Shown: positions 51,602 to 61,090 of the stretch, in pieces
Layout of the letters: each line of letters opens with the position of its first letter
How positions within the stretch are numbered: position 1 is the first letter of the stretch
Origin: Symbiobacteriaceae bacterium
GTDB taxonomy: Bacteria; Bacillota; Sulfobacillia; Symbiobacteriales; Symbiobacteriaceae
NCBI GenBank assembly: GCA_029239785.1
Contig: JARBUG010000010.1
Coordinates: forward strand, 287 to 64,286
DNA: 64,000 nucleotides
Direction: 5' to 3'
Notes under the pieces: generated by a model
Seen by the model: the letters and a program-made list of their open reading frames with translations, nothing else
Databases searched by the model: none
Told to the model about the DNA's origin: nothing
Translations under genes and position numbers: made by a program

Positions 51602-52249
51602 CTACTTCACCGCCTGCTTTACCGCAGTAATGACCTCGCTATAATCCTTCACCTTGAGAACCTTCCCGTTCAGAACAAAGGTCGGGGTGGACTGGATGGC
51701 CAGCGAACGGGCATCCGCCTTCATGCTGTCGATGGTTGCAACGTGCGTCTTCTTGTCGAAGCACTGGTTGAACGACTCCGTTTGCAGACCCAGGTCCTTC
51801 GCCCACTGCTTCAGGTTATCGGTGGTGAAGTTGACCTTGCCCGACTTCTCAAAGAGCATGCTGTTATATGCCCAGAACATGTCCTGGTCACCGGCGCACT
51901 CGTTGGCTTCCGCCGCCCACTGGGACCGGGCGCCGAGCACGACCAGATGCTTGTACTCAAACGATACGTCTCCGGTTTCAATCAGAGCCGCCAACTGCGG
52001 CTCGACGACCTTGTGGGCCGTCACACAGCCGCCTCAGAGGAAGTCGCTGTATTTGACCAGTTTGACCTTGGCATTTGCATTGCCCCATACGTTACGAACG
52101 GCGTTTAGCTCCGTATCGGTCTTGATGACGGACTCTTTGCCGCCGAACTGGTTGATTGCGATCAGGGCTCCGACCAGTACCACGGCACCGCCGACAACCC
52201 ACCAGAGACCCTGGTTGCCGCGTCTATTCACCGGCTTCTTCTTCGGCAT
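51602..52249 (-). CDS. BdbD/DsbA-like thiol-disulfide oxidoreductase with an in-frame TGA at the CxxC position (candidate selenoprotein, U-G-G-C)
   Basis: The track splits it into 52034..52438 and 51602..52024, which are in the same frame. Joined, it reads ..VKLVKYSDFL-TGA-GGCVTAHKVVEPQ.. and is colinear with BdbD (..YKCPSCKVF..). ATG 52249 after AAAGGAG. The C-terminus STPTFVLNGKVL is typical. Confidence 0.6.
51997..52032 (-). promoter_or_regulatory. SECIS-like hairpin starting 1 nt after the UGA
   Basis: GCGGCU-gugu-GACGGCC-cacaa-GGUCGUC-g-AGCCGC (6 bp + 7 bp stems, 5-nt apical loop). Confidence 0.45.
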
Positions 52250-52423
52250 GTGATCGCTCCTTTGGTAAACATGGCTCATCTCATCGTAAAATGTGATGGC
52301 CATAGAAGACAAGAGCCTTTTGGGCCAATCCCTGGCCCCTCTTGGCAGGAATGGATGTACTACTACCAGAACCTTAGGAGGTTGAGAATTACCGCTTCCT
52401 ATTTGACAACGAGCGAGGTTGAG

Positions 52424-54664
52424 TTGCAGTTGGCACACGCAGCAAAGCTACTTCGGTTCACGGGCCTGGCCCTGGTGCTGGCCGTGCTTGCGGTGGGTCC
52501 GTTCTTCCGGGGCCTGTTCTTCTGGACGGAGTTACTGGCGGCCATCGCAGCGGTGGCGGCCGGATTTGGGCTGTGGCTGGCCGGGCGCGGGCTGGGGGCT
52601 GCGGGCCGGTCCAGCGGCACCATCCCCGGGGGCTGGACGACCCTTGCCCTGGTCGCACTCCTGGCCCTCTACCTCCTTCAGTTCCCCTGGGCCGTCTACG
52701 GGCGGGGCAACCTCGACGCGGTCCTGCGGGTCCTGGCCGCCATCTTCGCGTATGTCATGCTCCGGGCGGAAGCCGGCCCCGGGCTCCGGCGCTGGCTCGG
52801 CTGGGCCTTCGCCCTCAGCGCAGCCGCCATCGGCCTCTTCGGCTTCCTTGAATTCTCGGGCTACCTGCTCAAGGACCCCGACCTGGCCCAAATGCTCTCC
52901 GTGGTCGGCCTGAACACCCGCATGTTCACTACCTTCCAGTATCCCAACACCGCCGCCGCCTATTTCCTGGCGGCCATGCTGGCAGCCGCCGGCCTCGGCC
53001 TGGATGACCTGAAGCCCTGGAAGCTAAGCGCCGTCGGCGGGCTCATGACCTTTCTGCTCCTCTCCTTCTTCTTTACGATCTCCCGGGGCGCCCTGGTGGT
53101 GCTGCCCTTCGGCCTCCTCTTCTTCTTCGCCGGGCTGGATAACCGCCGCCGCTGGGCCGGACTGCTTCTCCTCGTCGCAGCAGCGGCGCCCATGATCATC
53201 GCCCTGAAGCCGGTCGGCGTCTTCGCGGATGCCCGCAACTACGTGTCGGCCTTCAAATGGATCGCCGCCGCCACCGCCGGCGGCATGGCCACCAGCCTGG
53301 CGCTCGCCTTCTTTCTGCAGCTAAAGGGCAAGCTACAGGCGGGCATCGCCGGAGCTGCCCTGGTCCTGGCCGTGGCGGCCATCCTCGTTCTGCGCCCGGC
53401 CGGCGGGCTGCTGCCCAAGCAGGCGAGCCGTCTGTTCGACATCAACTTCAAGACCGTCAACGTCGTGATGCGCCTCATTTATGATGAAGACGCCCTGAAA
53501 ATGGCGGCCGACCGGCCCCTGGGCCGGGGCGGCTGGGGCTGGGACCGCGGCTACCGCCAGTATCAGACGTTCAACTATACCGCCCGCGAAACCCACGACC
53601 ACTACGCCCAGACCGCCGTTGAAGTGGGATGGGCCGGGCTGGCCGTTCTGCTGGCCGCACTTGGCACCGCTCTCTGGTCGGCATGGATGCACCGGCGCGA
53701 CAACCCCCTGGGCTGGACCCTGGCCGCCGGCGCCGGGCTGATCGCCGCCCACAGCGCCATCGACTTCAACCTATCGTTCGGCGTGATGTGGCTCCTGCTC
53801 TGGAGCCTGCTGGGCGCCGCTGGCGGACCGACCGCCACCCCCGCCACGGCCCCGCGCTGGCGCCGGGCCATCACCATCGGTGCGGGCACAACGGCAGCGC
53901 TGACCGCGGCCCTTGCCCTCGTTCTGTTTGCGGGTTCCCGTTGGACGGACCAGGCGACCGCCCTCACCGACCTGGCGGCAACCCAGGCGGGCGCCCAGGC
54001 CGAAGCCACCCGCGCAGCCGCCCAAACCGCCGCCCGCCAGGCCCTCCGGTACGACCCCTGGCATTCGGAACCGCTGCTGCTCATCGGCGACCGTGAGTCG
54101 CTGGAGCGGGCAGCCAAACTGGACCCCTACCACTCGGGCATCCGCTTCCAGCTCGCCATCGCCCGGGAGCTGGCAAAAGAGTACGAAGGCGCCCTGACCG
54201 AGGCGAAGGCCGCTCTGGCCAATCAGCCGATGGTCTCTGCCTACTACAGCAAGGTTGCCTCCCTGGAAGGCACGCTGCTCAACGGCGCCCTCCACGACGG
54301 GCGCCAGGATGACGTCGCCCGCCATAAGGAGAGCCTGCTTGCGCTCGGCGCCGATTTCCTGCGGCGCAAGGCGACTGCCGACCCCCTCAAACACTTGTGG
54401 AAGACCGGCGCCAAACTGGAGATGTCCCCCGAATTCAAGCTCCGCTACGGCCAGGCGCTCTTTTTGAGCGGCGACGCCGCCGGCGCCGAACCGCTCCTGA
54501 AAGATGCCGCCAAAGTCGGCCTGCTCGGCTCCGAGGCCGAACTCTGGCTCTACGTGATCGCGGAGAAGCGGGGCGACTCCGCCACCATGAAGGCGCTGGA
54601 GGCGAAGCCCTGGATTCGGTTCCGGAACGCCAACCCCATCTACAAACTGCTCCGCAACATCTAA
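52424..54664 (+). CDS. O-antigen-ligase-like polytopic membrane protein with a C-terminal TPR-like region
   Basis: At least 10 TM segments, then an Ala-rich helical repeat region. The start is uncertain (TTG 52424 or 52430; the track gives 52250). Confidence 0.6.
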   Translation: MQLAHAAKLLRFTGLALVLAVLAVGPFFRGLFFWTELLAAIAAVAAGFGLWLAGRGLGAAGRSSGTIPGGWTTLALVALLALYLLQFPWAVYGRGNLDAVLRVLAAIFAYVMLRAEAGPGLRRWLGWAFALSAAAIGLFGFLEFSGYLLKDPDLAQMLSVVGLNTRMFTTFQYPNTAAAYFLAAMLAAAGLGLDDLKPWKLSAVGGLMTFLLLSFFFTISRGALVVLPFGLLFFFAGLDNRRRWAGLLLLVAAAAPMIIALKPVGVFADARNYVSAFKWIAAATAGGMATSLALAFFLQLKGKLQAGIAGAALVLAVAAILVLRPAGGLLPKQASRLFDINFKTVNVVMRLIYDEDALKMAADRPLGRGGWGWDRGYRQYQTFNYTARETHDHYAQTAVEVGWAGLAVLLAALGTALWSAWMHRRDNPLGWTLAAGAGLIAAHSAIDFNLSFGVMWLLLWSLLGAAGGPTATPATAPRWRRAITIGAGTTAALTAALALVLFAGSRWTDQATALTDLAATQAGAQAEATRAAAQTAARQALRYDPWHSEPLLLIGDRESLERAAKLDPYHSGIRFQLAIARELAKEYEGALTEAKAALANQPMVSAYYSKVASLEGTLLNGALHDGRQDDVARHKESLLALGADFLRRKATADPLKHLWKTGAKLEMSPEFKLRYGQALFLSGDAAGAEPLLKDAAKVGLLGSEAELWLYVIAEKRGDSATMKALEAKPWIRFRNANPIYKLLRNI

Positions 54665-54685
54665 ATCAAGGAGGCAGCCACTGCC

Positions 54686-55651
54686 ATGACCGCACTCTAC
54701 CCCCTCTTCCTCAAACCGATCTTCAAAGAACGCATCTGGGGCGGCCGGAACCTGACGCCCTACTATGGCAACGGACTGCCGGAAGGCGCCATCGGCGAGG
54801 CCTGGGCGCTGGGCGACCACGACCAGGGCACCAGCGTGGTGACCCGCGGCCCCCTGGCGGGCCAGTCGCTGGCCGACCTGCGCCTTGCTTTCGGCGCCCG
54901 CCTGCTGGGCGCCCGGGGTATGGCATCGCCCAGCGGCCGCTGCCCGCTGCTGATCAAGCTGCTGGATGCGCAAGATGACCTGAGCGTGCAGGTCCACCCC
55001 GCCGACGGTTACGAAGGCCTGCCGCCCGGGGAGCTTGGCAAGGCCGAGATGTGGTACATCCTGGCCGCCGAGCCGGAGGCAAAGATTGTGTACGGCCTGG
55101 CCGACGGGGTGGATGCAGCCGCCTTCGCGGCGGCGGTGCGCTCGGGGCAGGTGGAGGCGGCGCTGCGGTACATCCCCGTACAGGCGGGCGATGTGTTCTA
55201 TGTGCCCGCCGGCACCATTCACGCGCTGGGCCGGGGCACGGTGGTGGCCGAAGTGCAGCAAAGCTCAGATACGGTCTACCGGGTGTACGACTACAACCGC
55301 CCCGGGCTGGACGGCAAGCCCCGTGAACTGCACGTGGAGCACGCCCTGCGGGTGGCCCGGTACGATACGCCGGCGCATCCCTTCCGTCCGGCGCGGCCGC
55401 TGTCCAACCAGTGGCAGCGGCTGGTGGAGAGCGAGTTTTTCACGGTAGACCGGGCGGCAGTAGCCGGGCGCTGGCCCCAGGCGACCAGCGATGATTCCTT
55501 CGATGCCCTGCTCGTGCTGGAGGGCGAAGGCTCCATCCACTGGGCCGGTGGCCGCGAGCCCCTGGGCCCGGGCCAGGCCGTGCTGGTGCCCGCCGAACTC
55601 GGGGCGTATGAGTTGACCGGTGACCTTTCCGTGATGCGGTCGCGCGTGTAG
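54686..55651 (+). CDS. manA: Mannose-6-phosphate isomerase, class I
   Basis: LFLKPIFKERIWGG, LSVQVHP and YVPAGTIHALG motifs. Confidence 0.88.
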   Translation: MTALYPLFLKPIFKERIWGGRNLTPYYGNGLPEGAIGEAWALGDHDQGTSVVTRGPLAGQSLADLRLAFGARLLGARGMASPSGRCPLLIKLLDAQDDLSVQVHPADGYEGLPPGELGKAEMWYILAAEPEAKIVYGLADGVDAAAFAAAVRSGQVEAALRYIPVQAGDVFYVPAGTIHALGRGTVVAEVQQSSDTVYRVYDYNRPGLDGKPRELHVEHALRVARYDTPAHPFRPARPLSNQWQRLVESEFFTVDRAAVAGRWPQATSDDSFDALLVLEGEGSIHWAGGREPLGPGQAVLVPAELGAYELTGDLSVMRSRV

Positions 55652-55838
55652 GGCTTTTTGAGGCAGTTATTTCGCCGCGGATTTCGCGGATTACGCTGAT
55701 TTCGGGACAGACGCGGATTTTTACCGAGTACATCATTCCAGGTCATATACTATTTATATTTACCTGGAGCGACTTGCCTGGCAAAAACCCGCGTTTGGCT
55801 TTGAAATCAGCGAAATCAGCGAAATCCGCGGCGAAAAA
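55651..55838. repeat. CGCGGAT-family MITE-like element, long copy (A end + 93 nt + B end)
   Basis: A end GGGCTTTTTGAGGCAGTTATTTCGCCGCGGATTTCGCGGATTAC (55651..55694). B end CCGCGTTTGGCTTTGAAATCAGCGAAATCAGCGAAATCCGCGGCGAAAAAT (55788..55838). Confidence 0.7.
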
Positions 55839-55922
55839 TTTCCCAGACGCCCCCAATAACCCCGAACATTTTTTCGCCCCACTCCGTGTTCTGGGTAGTG
55901 ACACCGAACAGGAGGTCGGGAG

Positions 55923-56315
55923 ATGGGGAAGTTGCTTCATGCCGATATCACCGAGCAGGTATTGGGGGCTGCCTTTGCGGTTCACAGTACGCTGGGTCCG
56001 GGATTTCTCGAATCGATCTACGAAGAGGCTCTCTGCCATGAGTTGCAACTGCGGGGGATGGGCTATGAGCGCCAGGTTACAGTACCCATTACCTACAAGG
56101 GCGCCAAGGTAGGCATACACGTACTGGACTTGATTGTGAACGGTAAGGTAGTCATTGAACTGAAGGCCATCACCGAAGTAGCGGATATTCACCGGGCGAT
56201 TGTCCTGTCTTACCTCGCCGCCTCGAAGTTGTCGGTCGCCATACTCATCAACTTTGGTCAGCAAAGTCTCACTTCCAAACGTGTCGTGCGAGAGGTAAGA
56301 AGTGGGCCTTTTTGA
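55923..56315 (+). CDS. GxxExxY protein (PD-(D/E)XK-like, PDDEXK_3 family)
   Basis: GFLESIYEEAL matches the family signature. 130 aa. GGAGG RBS. Confidence 0.85.
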   Translation: MGKLLHADITEQVLGAAFAVHSTLGPGFLESIYEEALCHELQLRGMGYERQVTVPITYKGAKVGIHVLDLIVNGKVVIELKAITEVADIHRAIVLSYLAASKLSVAILINFGQQSLTSKRVVREVRSGPF

Positions 56316-56407
56316 GGCAGTTATTTCGCCGCGGATTTCGCGGATTACAGTAGAATCCGCGTTTGGCTTTAAAATCCGCGAAATCAGCGAAATCCGCGGC
56401 TAAATAT
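56304..56407. repeat. CGCGGAT-family element, short copy (A end + 8 nt + B end)
   Basis: A 44-45-nt A end (one C indel aside, identical to 55651..55694) and a B end (56357..56407). It overlaps the last codons of the GxxExxY gene. Confidence 0.7.
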
Positions 56408-56427
56408 TTGTCCGGATGAGCCCCACC

Positions 56428-57672
56428 TCACTCGCCAGGCTGAATCTGCTTGATCTGCTCCGTCCCCGTCACCAGGCCGAAGCGGCGGACGCGCATCTTC
56501 GCGGTCACCCTGATCTCCATCTGCCCGATGTGCCTGGCCCAGCCGAAGGCCTCCCAGTCCGACCAGGTCCGGAAGGTCCGGCGCACCTTCAGCCCGTACC
56601 CGACCGGGTCTGCCTCCCATCTCTTCAGCTTCCGGAGCACCCCGGTCGCCGTCTCCACCATAAACTCGGCTGCGGCCTTCTCCAAGGCCTGACGCTTGGC
56701 CGCATCCTGGTAATCCTCATCGCCGGAGAGCACCTCCCCCTCGAAGAGGAGGTTCACATTGCCCCTGGGGCCGGCGGGCGTCAGGCGCACCCGGGTCATT
56801 GGCTTGTTCTCCTGCTGAAACCGGACCAACACCCGCTTCGCCTGATCCTTCGGATGGGGAAACGTCATGTACGCCTTCCCCATCTCGCCGCGCAGGGCCA
56901 GCAGCGCCTGGGTCTCATCCACCGTCAGCAGCCCGACCATCCGCCGTCCCCGAAAGACCGCCGTCCCGGCCACCTCCACCGGGTTGCCGTCAAAACGATC
57001 CAGTTCGCCGGCCAGCGCCGTCTCCGACTCGAGCCCCTCCTCCGGCGGCTCGCCGCCCACCTTCTGGTTGATGGCGACCACGGGTGCGAACGCATCGACC
57101 CCCACGCCGGCAGACCTGTTGATCATGTGGTGCAGTCGGATGGGCGGCGCCAGATGCAGATACTTCGCGACAATCAGCATCCCTTCCGGCACTTTGGCCG
57201 GGTTCGACTCGCCCGTATACCGCGAGGCTTTGATGACATCGACGCAGCGCCCCCGGCAGACCAGAAAGGCCACTGTCTGGCGAACCTCACTGCTGCGCAT
57301 CAGCTCGGCAAACAGATCATGCATACCCGTCCGGGCCACATCTTCGCCAATCAGCAGCGTCCGCATGTGCCGCATGGTGAGCCGTCTGGCCACCGATGCG
57401 TTGATGATCAGCACCGCCTGGGCCACGCTGTCCGACTCAGCGGAAAGAATGCCTCCCGTGGCGCCGGTCTTACCCGCCTGCCCACCCAGCATGCCCGACC
57501 GGACCTCGCCGGGAATCGGCACCCGCAGGGTCACCCGATACCGGCGGCTGGTACCGGCATCAACCGCCACCGTCACCGGAAAGAGCTGGTCCTCCACCTC
57601 GGCCCGGTCCCAGCAGCCCCCCAACAGGGCGGTCAGCAGCAGCGTCACCACCACCTGCCTGACGCGCCTCAT
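56428..57672 (-). CDS. Ger(x)C-family spore germination lipoprotein
   Basis: Lipobox LLGGC followed by WDRAEVEDQLF. 414 aa. Third gene of a gerA-type operon. Confidence 0.85.
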   Translation of the reverse strand: MRRVRQVVVTLLLTALLGGCWDRAEVEDQLFPVTVAVDAGTSRRYRVTLRVPIPGEVRSGMLGGQAGKTGATGGILSAESDSVAQAVLIINASVARRLTMRHMRTLLIGEDVARTGMHDLFAELMRSSEVRQTVAFLVCRGRCVDVIKASRYTGESNPAKVPEGMLIVAKYLHLAPPIRLHHMINRSAGVGVDAFAPVVAINQKVGGEPPEEGLESETALAGELDRFDGNPVEVAGTAVFRGRRMVGLLTVDETQALLALRGEMGKAYMTFPHPKDQAKRVLVRFQQENKPMTRVRLTPAGPRGNVNLLFEGEVLSGDEDYQDAAKRQALEKAAAEFMVETATGVLRKLKRWEADPVGYGLKVRRTFRTWSDWEAFGWARHIGQMEIRVTAKMRVRRFGLVTGTEQIKQIQPGE

Positions 57673-58754
57673 TTGAGCTTCCCCCGCAGCGCCGCTACCG
57701 CCGCACAGAGCGCCGGAAGGGCGAGTGTGACGGTGCCCACCGGCAGCGCCATCGCTTCATTCAGCAAAATGGTCTGCGCCTGATCGACCGGAAAGTAGGC
57801 GAGCGATAGGACCACCGCCGCCATGGGCAGCAGCGACGTCCGAAAGGTGCGCAGCTTATAGGCCCGGGCCATGCACAGGGCGCTGGCGTGCAGCAGCGCC
57901 GACATAAAGGCGATGGTGCTCATCACCCAAATAAAGAGCCAGAGCCCCTCAATGCGCTCGAAAAAGCGACCGCCGATGACCAGCCGGGCCGCCTGATGCA
58001 TGGGAAAGGCCATGGAGAGGCCGGTCGGAAAGGCATAGATCATCACGAGATTCGCTTTGATGATGGCAAAGATGATGCTGCCGATGACCGGTACCATGAG
58101 CAAGGTCTGCACGAGCTGCCTGCGGTCGGAGACGCCGCCCGCCATGGTATAGAGCACGCAGACCGGCCCAAAGTGGAACGCGGCCAGCGGGGCCCGCTGC
58201 AGCAGTGCCACCGGGCCAGGTCCGAGGTATGGCGCGAGAAACCCCGGCGTGGCCCAGCCGATCGTTCCCGCTAAAATCACCAGCAGGCCCACCATCACGG
58301 GGGCGATGGTCAAATGGGCCGCCCAGATCAGCGCGGTCTTGTCGGTCGCCGCCGTCAAAACGGCCGGGGTGAGCAGGGTGATGACCGCCACCGTCTGCGG
58401 GGTGTGGGGGAAGTTGGCCGTCAGGGCCATCTCTGAGGTTTCCCGCAGCACGATCGCACACACAAAGAGCAGGGTGGCCGCCAGCAGCGGCGCGTGGATC
58501 ACCGCTCCCCACTTTCCGAACGCGGCGCAGACCAGATCATGCAGGTTGCCACCAGGCAGGCGGCGCAGGGCCGCCGCTGCCGGCCAGACCATCAGGGTGA
58601 CCATGGCGCCAGCTATCAAAATGAGCAGCCAGGCCGCCGTCTCGCCAAGCTGAAGCATCTGCAGCATGCCTGGGTAGTACTCCTGCGTCGCCAGAAGCAG
58701 CACGCCGAAGATCGCCAGCGAGCGGCTACCGTATTGGAGTCTGCTTTGCGCCAC
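57669..58754 (-). CDS. Spore germination protein, GerAB-type permease
   Basis: 361 aa with ~10 TM segments, between the A and C subunits. Confidence 0.8.
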   Translation of the reverse strand: MAQSRLQYGSRSLAIFGVLLLATQEYYPGMLQMLQLGETAAWLLILIAGAMVTLMVWPAAAALRRLPGGNLHDLVCAAFGKWGAVIHAPLLAATLLFVCAIVLRETSEMALTANFPHTPQTVAVITLLTPAVLTAATDKTALIWAAHLTIAPVMVGLLVILAGTIGWATPGFLAPYLGPGPVALLQRAPLAAFHFGPVCVLYTMAGGVSDRRQLVQTLLMVPVIGSIIFAIIKANLVMIYAFPTGLSMAFPMHQAARLVIGGRFFERIEGLWLFIWVMSTIAFMSALLHASALCMARAYKLRTFRTSLLPMAAVVLSLAYFPVDQAQTILLNEAMALPVGTVTLALPALCAAVAALRGKLK

Positions 58755-60249
58755 GCTGCTTCCCCCCCAATCGATTGGACCGGTTGCTTGCCGCTGCCTC
58801 GGGCGAGGTCAGATGGAAGCCCGAGGGTCCCAGGTAAGGCACTCCCCAGGAACGGCGGTGGGTGAGCACCACAAAGAGCAGTTGGAGCAGGGCTGCCATC
58901 CCGAAAAAGCCAAAGAGCATCGCGGCGATCAGCAGGTAATACCGCCAGGTTCTGGCCATGTACGCACCAACATACCCTGGCAGCGCCAGCGAGGCGACGG
59001 CGCCTATGGTGGCGGCCACGGCCGGGAGCGGGCCGGTAAAGCCCGCGTGCACAGCGAGTGTGAAAATGAGGATGACGACAATGGATGCCGGGCCGATGGG
59101 AATGGCCACTTCCAACCGGAACGAAGCCTCCCGGACCATATCGACCACGAACTCAAGCAAGGCGACTTCGAAGAAGACCCCGAAGGGCGCATTCTCCCGC
59201 GCCGACGCCAGGGCGATCAGGAAGGTGGTCGGAATCATCTCCTGATGATAGTTCATCAGGGCGACCACGCTGCCGGGCAGCATCAGCACCAGAAAGTAAA
59301 GGGCGAGGCGGAACCGGACGAGGAAGCGCCGCAACGGATAGGAGAGACCCGGGTCGCTCGCTGAGAACATATGCGCGCTGGCGACGGTGACGGGCGCCAC
59401 GTAGGCGGTGGCCACACGGTCGATCAGGACGACCACGTACCCGGCCGTGAGGAGGGCTGCGGCCTTGTCCGGCCAGGGGACCGGGTCGAAGCGGGGCGGC
59501 AGGCCGAGGACGCCCCACCGGCCGGGCATCAGGCCGCGTTGGGCGGCCTCTTCGCCCGCGTGGCTGTAGAGCCAGCGGCGGACGGCCCGCAGGACCTTGG
59601 GGTCGGCCCTCCCTTCCTGGTGCAGGAGGGCGACGAGGCCGGCCCGGGGGCGCTTGAGGGTGACCTGCCGGGCAATGAACCCCGGGTCTCGGACCCGCTT
59701 GCGCAGGAGGGCGAGGTTGTAGCGGGCGTCGCGGCCCCAGACGTCGTCCTGCGGGGATGGGGACTTAGCCATGGCCCAGTGGTTGGGCAGGTCGATGAGG
59801 TCGAGCAGCAGGGCCTGGTCCCAGCCGTCGGCGAGGAAGGCGACGGAGCCGGAGAGGCTGGCGTTCGCAATGTCGCCTGGGTCGGCGGAGAGGCGGGGCC
59901 GGTGGGCGGTGAGTGCCTCGGCGACGGCGCCGGGGCCGGGGCTGGGCGCTGCGCCGGGGCCGGGGCCGGGCGCTGCGCCGGGGCCCGGGCTGGGCGCTGC
60001 GCCGGGGCCGGGGCTGGGCGCTGCGCCGGGGCCGGGGCTGGGCGCTGCGCCGGGCGCGGCGCCGAAGGCCTGCCGGAGCGCCGGCAGTATGCTTTGGTCC
60101 AGTTCGTGTACGCTGATCAGGCCGTCGACCCAAATGAGAAGCCCGCGGACGGGGCCGAGGTCAATGTCGCGCATCTCAATGCCCAGGTTGTGGGGCCAGT
60201 GGAGCAACTGGGCCAGCTTCTTCCGGTTGGTCAGCAGGTCTCTTTCCAT
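58726..60249 (-). CDS. Spore germination protein, GerAA-type
   Basis: 507 aa. A soluble N-domain, then a C-terminal TM bundle (..PFGVFFEVALLEFVVDMVREA..). Confidence 0.85.
   Translation of the reverse strand: MERDLLTNRKKLAQLLHWPHNLGIEMRDIDLGPVRGLLIWVDGLISVHELDQSILPALRQAFGAAPGAAPSPGPGAAPSPGPGAAPSPGPGAAPGPGPGAAPSPGPGAVAEALTAHRPRLSADPGDIANASLSGSVAFLADGWDQALLLDLIDLPNHWAMAKSPSPQDDVWGRDARYNLALLRKRVRDPGFIARQVTLKRPRAGLVALLHQEGRADPKVLRAVRRWLYSHAGEEAAQRGLMPGRWGVLGLPPRFDPVPWPDKAAALLTAGYVVVLIDRVATAYVAPVTVASAHMFSASDPGLSYPLRRFLVRFRLALYFLVLMLPGSVVALMNYHQEMIPTTFLIALASARENAPFGVFFEVALLEFVVDMVREASFRLEVAIPIGPASIVVILIFTLAVHAGFTGPLPAVAATIGAVASLALPGYVGAYMARTWRYYLLIAAMLFGFFGMAALLQLLFVVLTHRRSWGVPYLGPSGFHLTSPEAAASNRSNRLGGKQRGAKQTPIR
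59927..60055. repeat. 5.3 x 24-bp in-frame tandem repeat (PSPGPGAA) inside the GerAA-type gene
   Basis: GCGCCGGGGCCGGGGCTGGGCGCT units at 59927, 59951, 59975, 59999 and 60023. Confidence 0.9.
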
Positions 60250-60267
60250 ACAAAGGGTAGGATGCCC

Positions 60268-60310
60268 AAAAAGACCCTGCGCTGATATGCGGTCAGCGCA
60301 GGGTCTTTTT
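60268..60310. terminator. Bidirectional intrinsic terminator
   Basis: AGACCCTGCGCTGA-7 nt-TCAGCGCAGGGTCT flanked by AAAA and TTTT. Confidence 0.8.
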
Positions 60311-60318
60311 CGCGGGTG

Positions 60319-61026
60319 CTATGCTGGCTGGTGCGCGATCAGGGCCAGGAGGTCCGCTTCGGCGGTCTGGTCGGCTTTGCCCAGGGCCCGGGCAGCGGCG
60401 AGGCCTTCAGGCAGGTGGGGCGCCCGGCCCTTCAGGTCATGCGCATCGCTGACGATGTAGGGCGCCACCCCTTCGGCCACAAACTCCTCGGCCAGCGCCT
60501 GTGCCTCCGACCCGAAGCGCCCAATCAGGCTTGATGCCGTGACCATGGCGAGCACGCCCTTGTCGGCCAGGCGGTACATCAGCGCGGGGCGCCGCCGGAT
60601 TTCGTGGTTGCGCTCGGGATGGTTGAGAATCGGGCGGAAGCCGGCGATCATGGCTTCGAAGAGCGCCCGTTCCGTGTACATGGGGAACTCCCGGTGCGGC
60701 AGTTCGACCAGGATGTGGCGGGAGTTGTTCAGGCCGACCGCTTCGCCCGAGCGGAGGGCACGCAGGAGGTCGAAGGTGAGGTAGAGTTCCATGCCGGGCA
60801 GGACCTGGATGCGGCGCCCGATACGGCGCAGTTCGGCGTTGACCATGTCGGTGGCGGCAAGGACCGCGGCCCGGGTGGCGTTGTATTTGCCGTCCAGGGC
60901 ATGGGCCGCAGCTACCACGGTGCTGACCCCCTGCTCGTCCATGGCCTGGAGCAGGGCAAGGGATTCCGCCAGCGTGGCCGGGCCGTCGTCGATGCCCGGC
61001 AGCACGTGGGCGTGCAGATCGATCAT
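60319..61026 (-). CDS. CpsB/YwqE-type PHP-domain protein-tyrosine phosphatase
   Basis: MIDLHAHVLPGIDDGP N-terminus and the later HPERN and SDAHD motifs. Confidence 0.85.
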   Translation of the reverse strand: MIDLHAHVLPGIDDGPATLAESLALLQAMDEQGVSTVVAAAHALDGKYNATRAAVLAATDMVNAELRRIGRRIQVLPGMELYLTFDLLRALRSGEAVGLNNSRHILVELPHREFPMYTERALFEAMIAGFRPILNHPERNHEIRRRPALMYRLADKGVLAMVTASSLIGRFGSEAQALAEEFVAEGVAPYIVSDAHDLKGRAPHLPEGLAAARALGKADQTAEADLLALIAHQPA

Positions 61027-61090
61027 GCCGGCCGCCTCCCCTTAGTAGAATTACGCTTTGAAGTGTAGTCTACATAGTTTAGGTGTGTCA

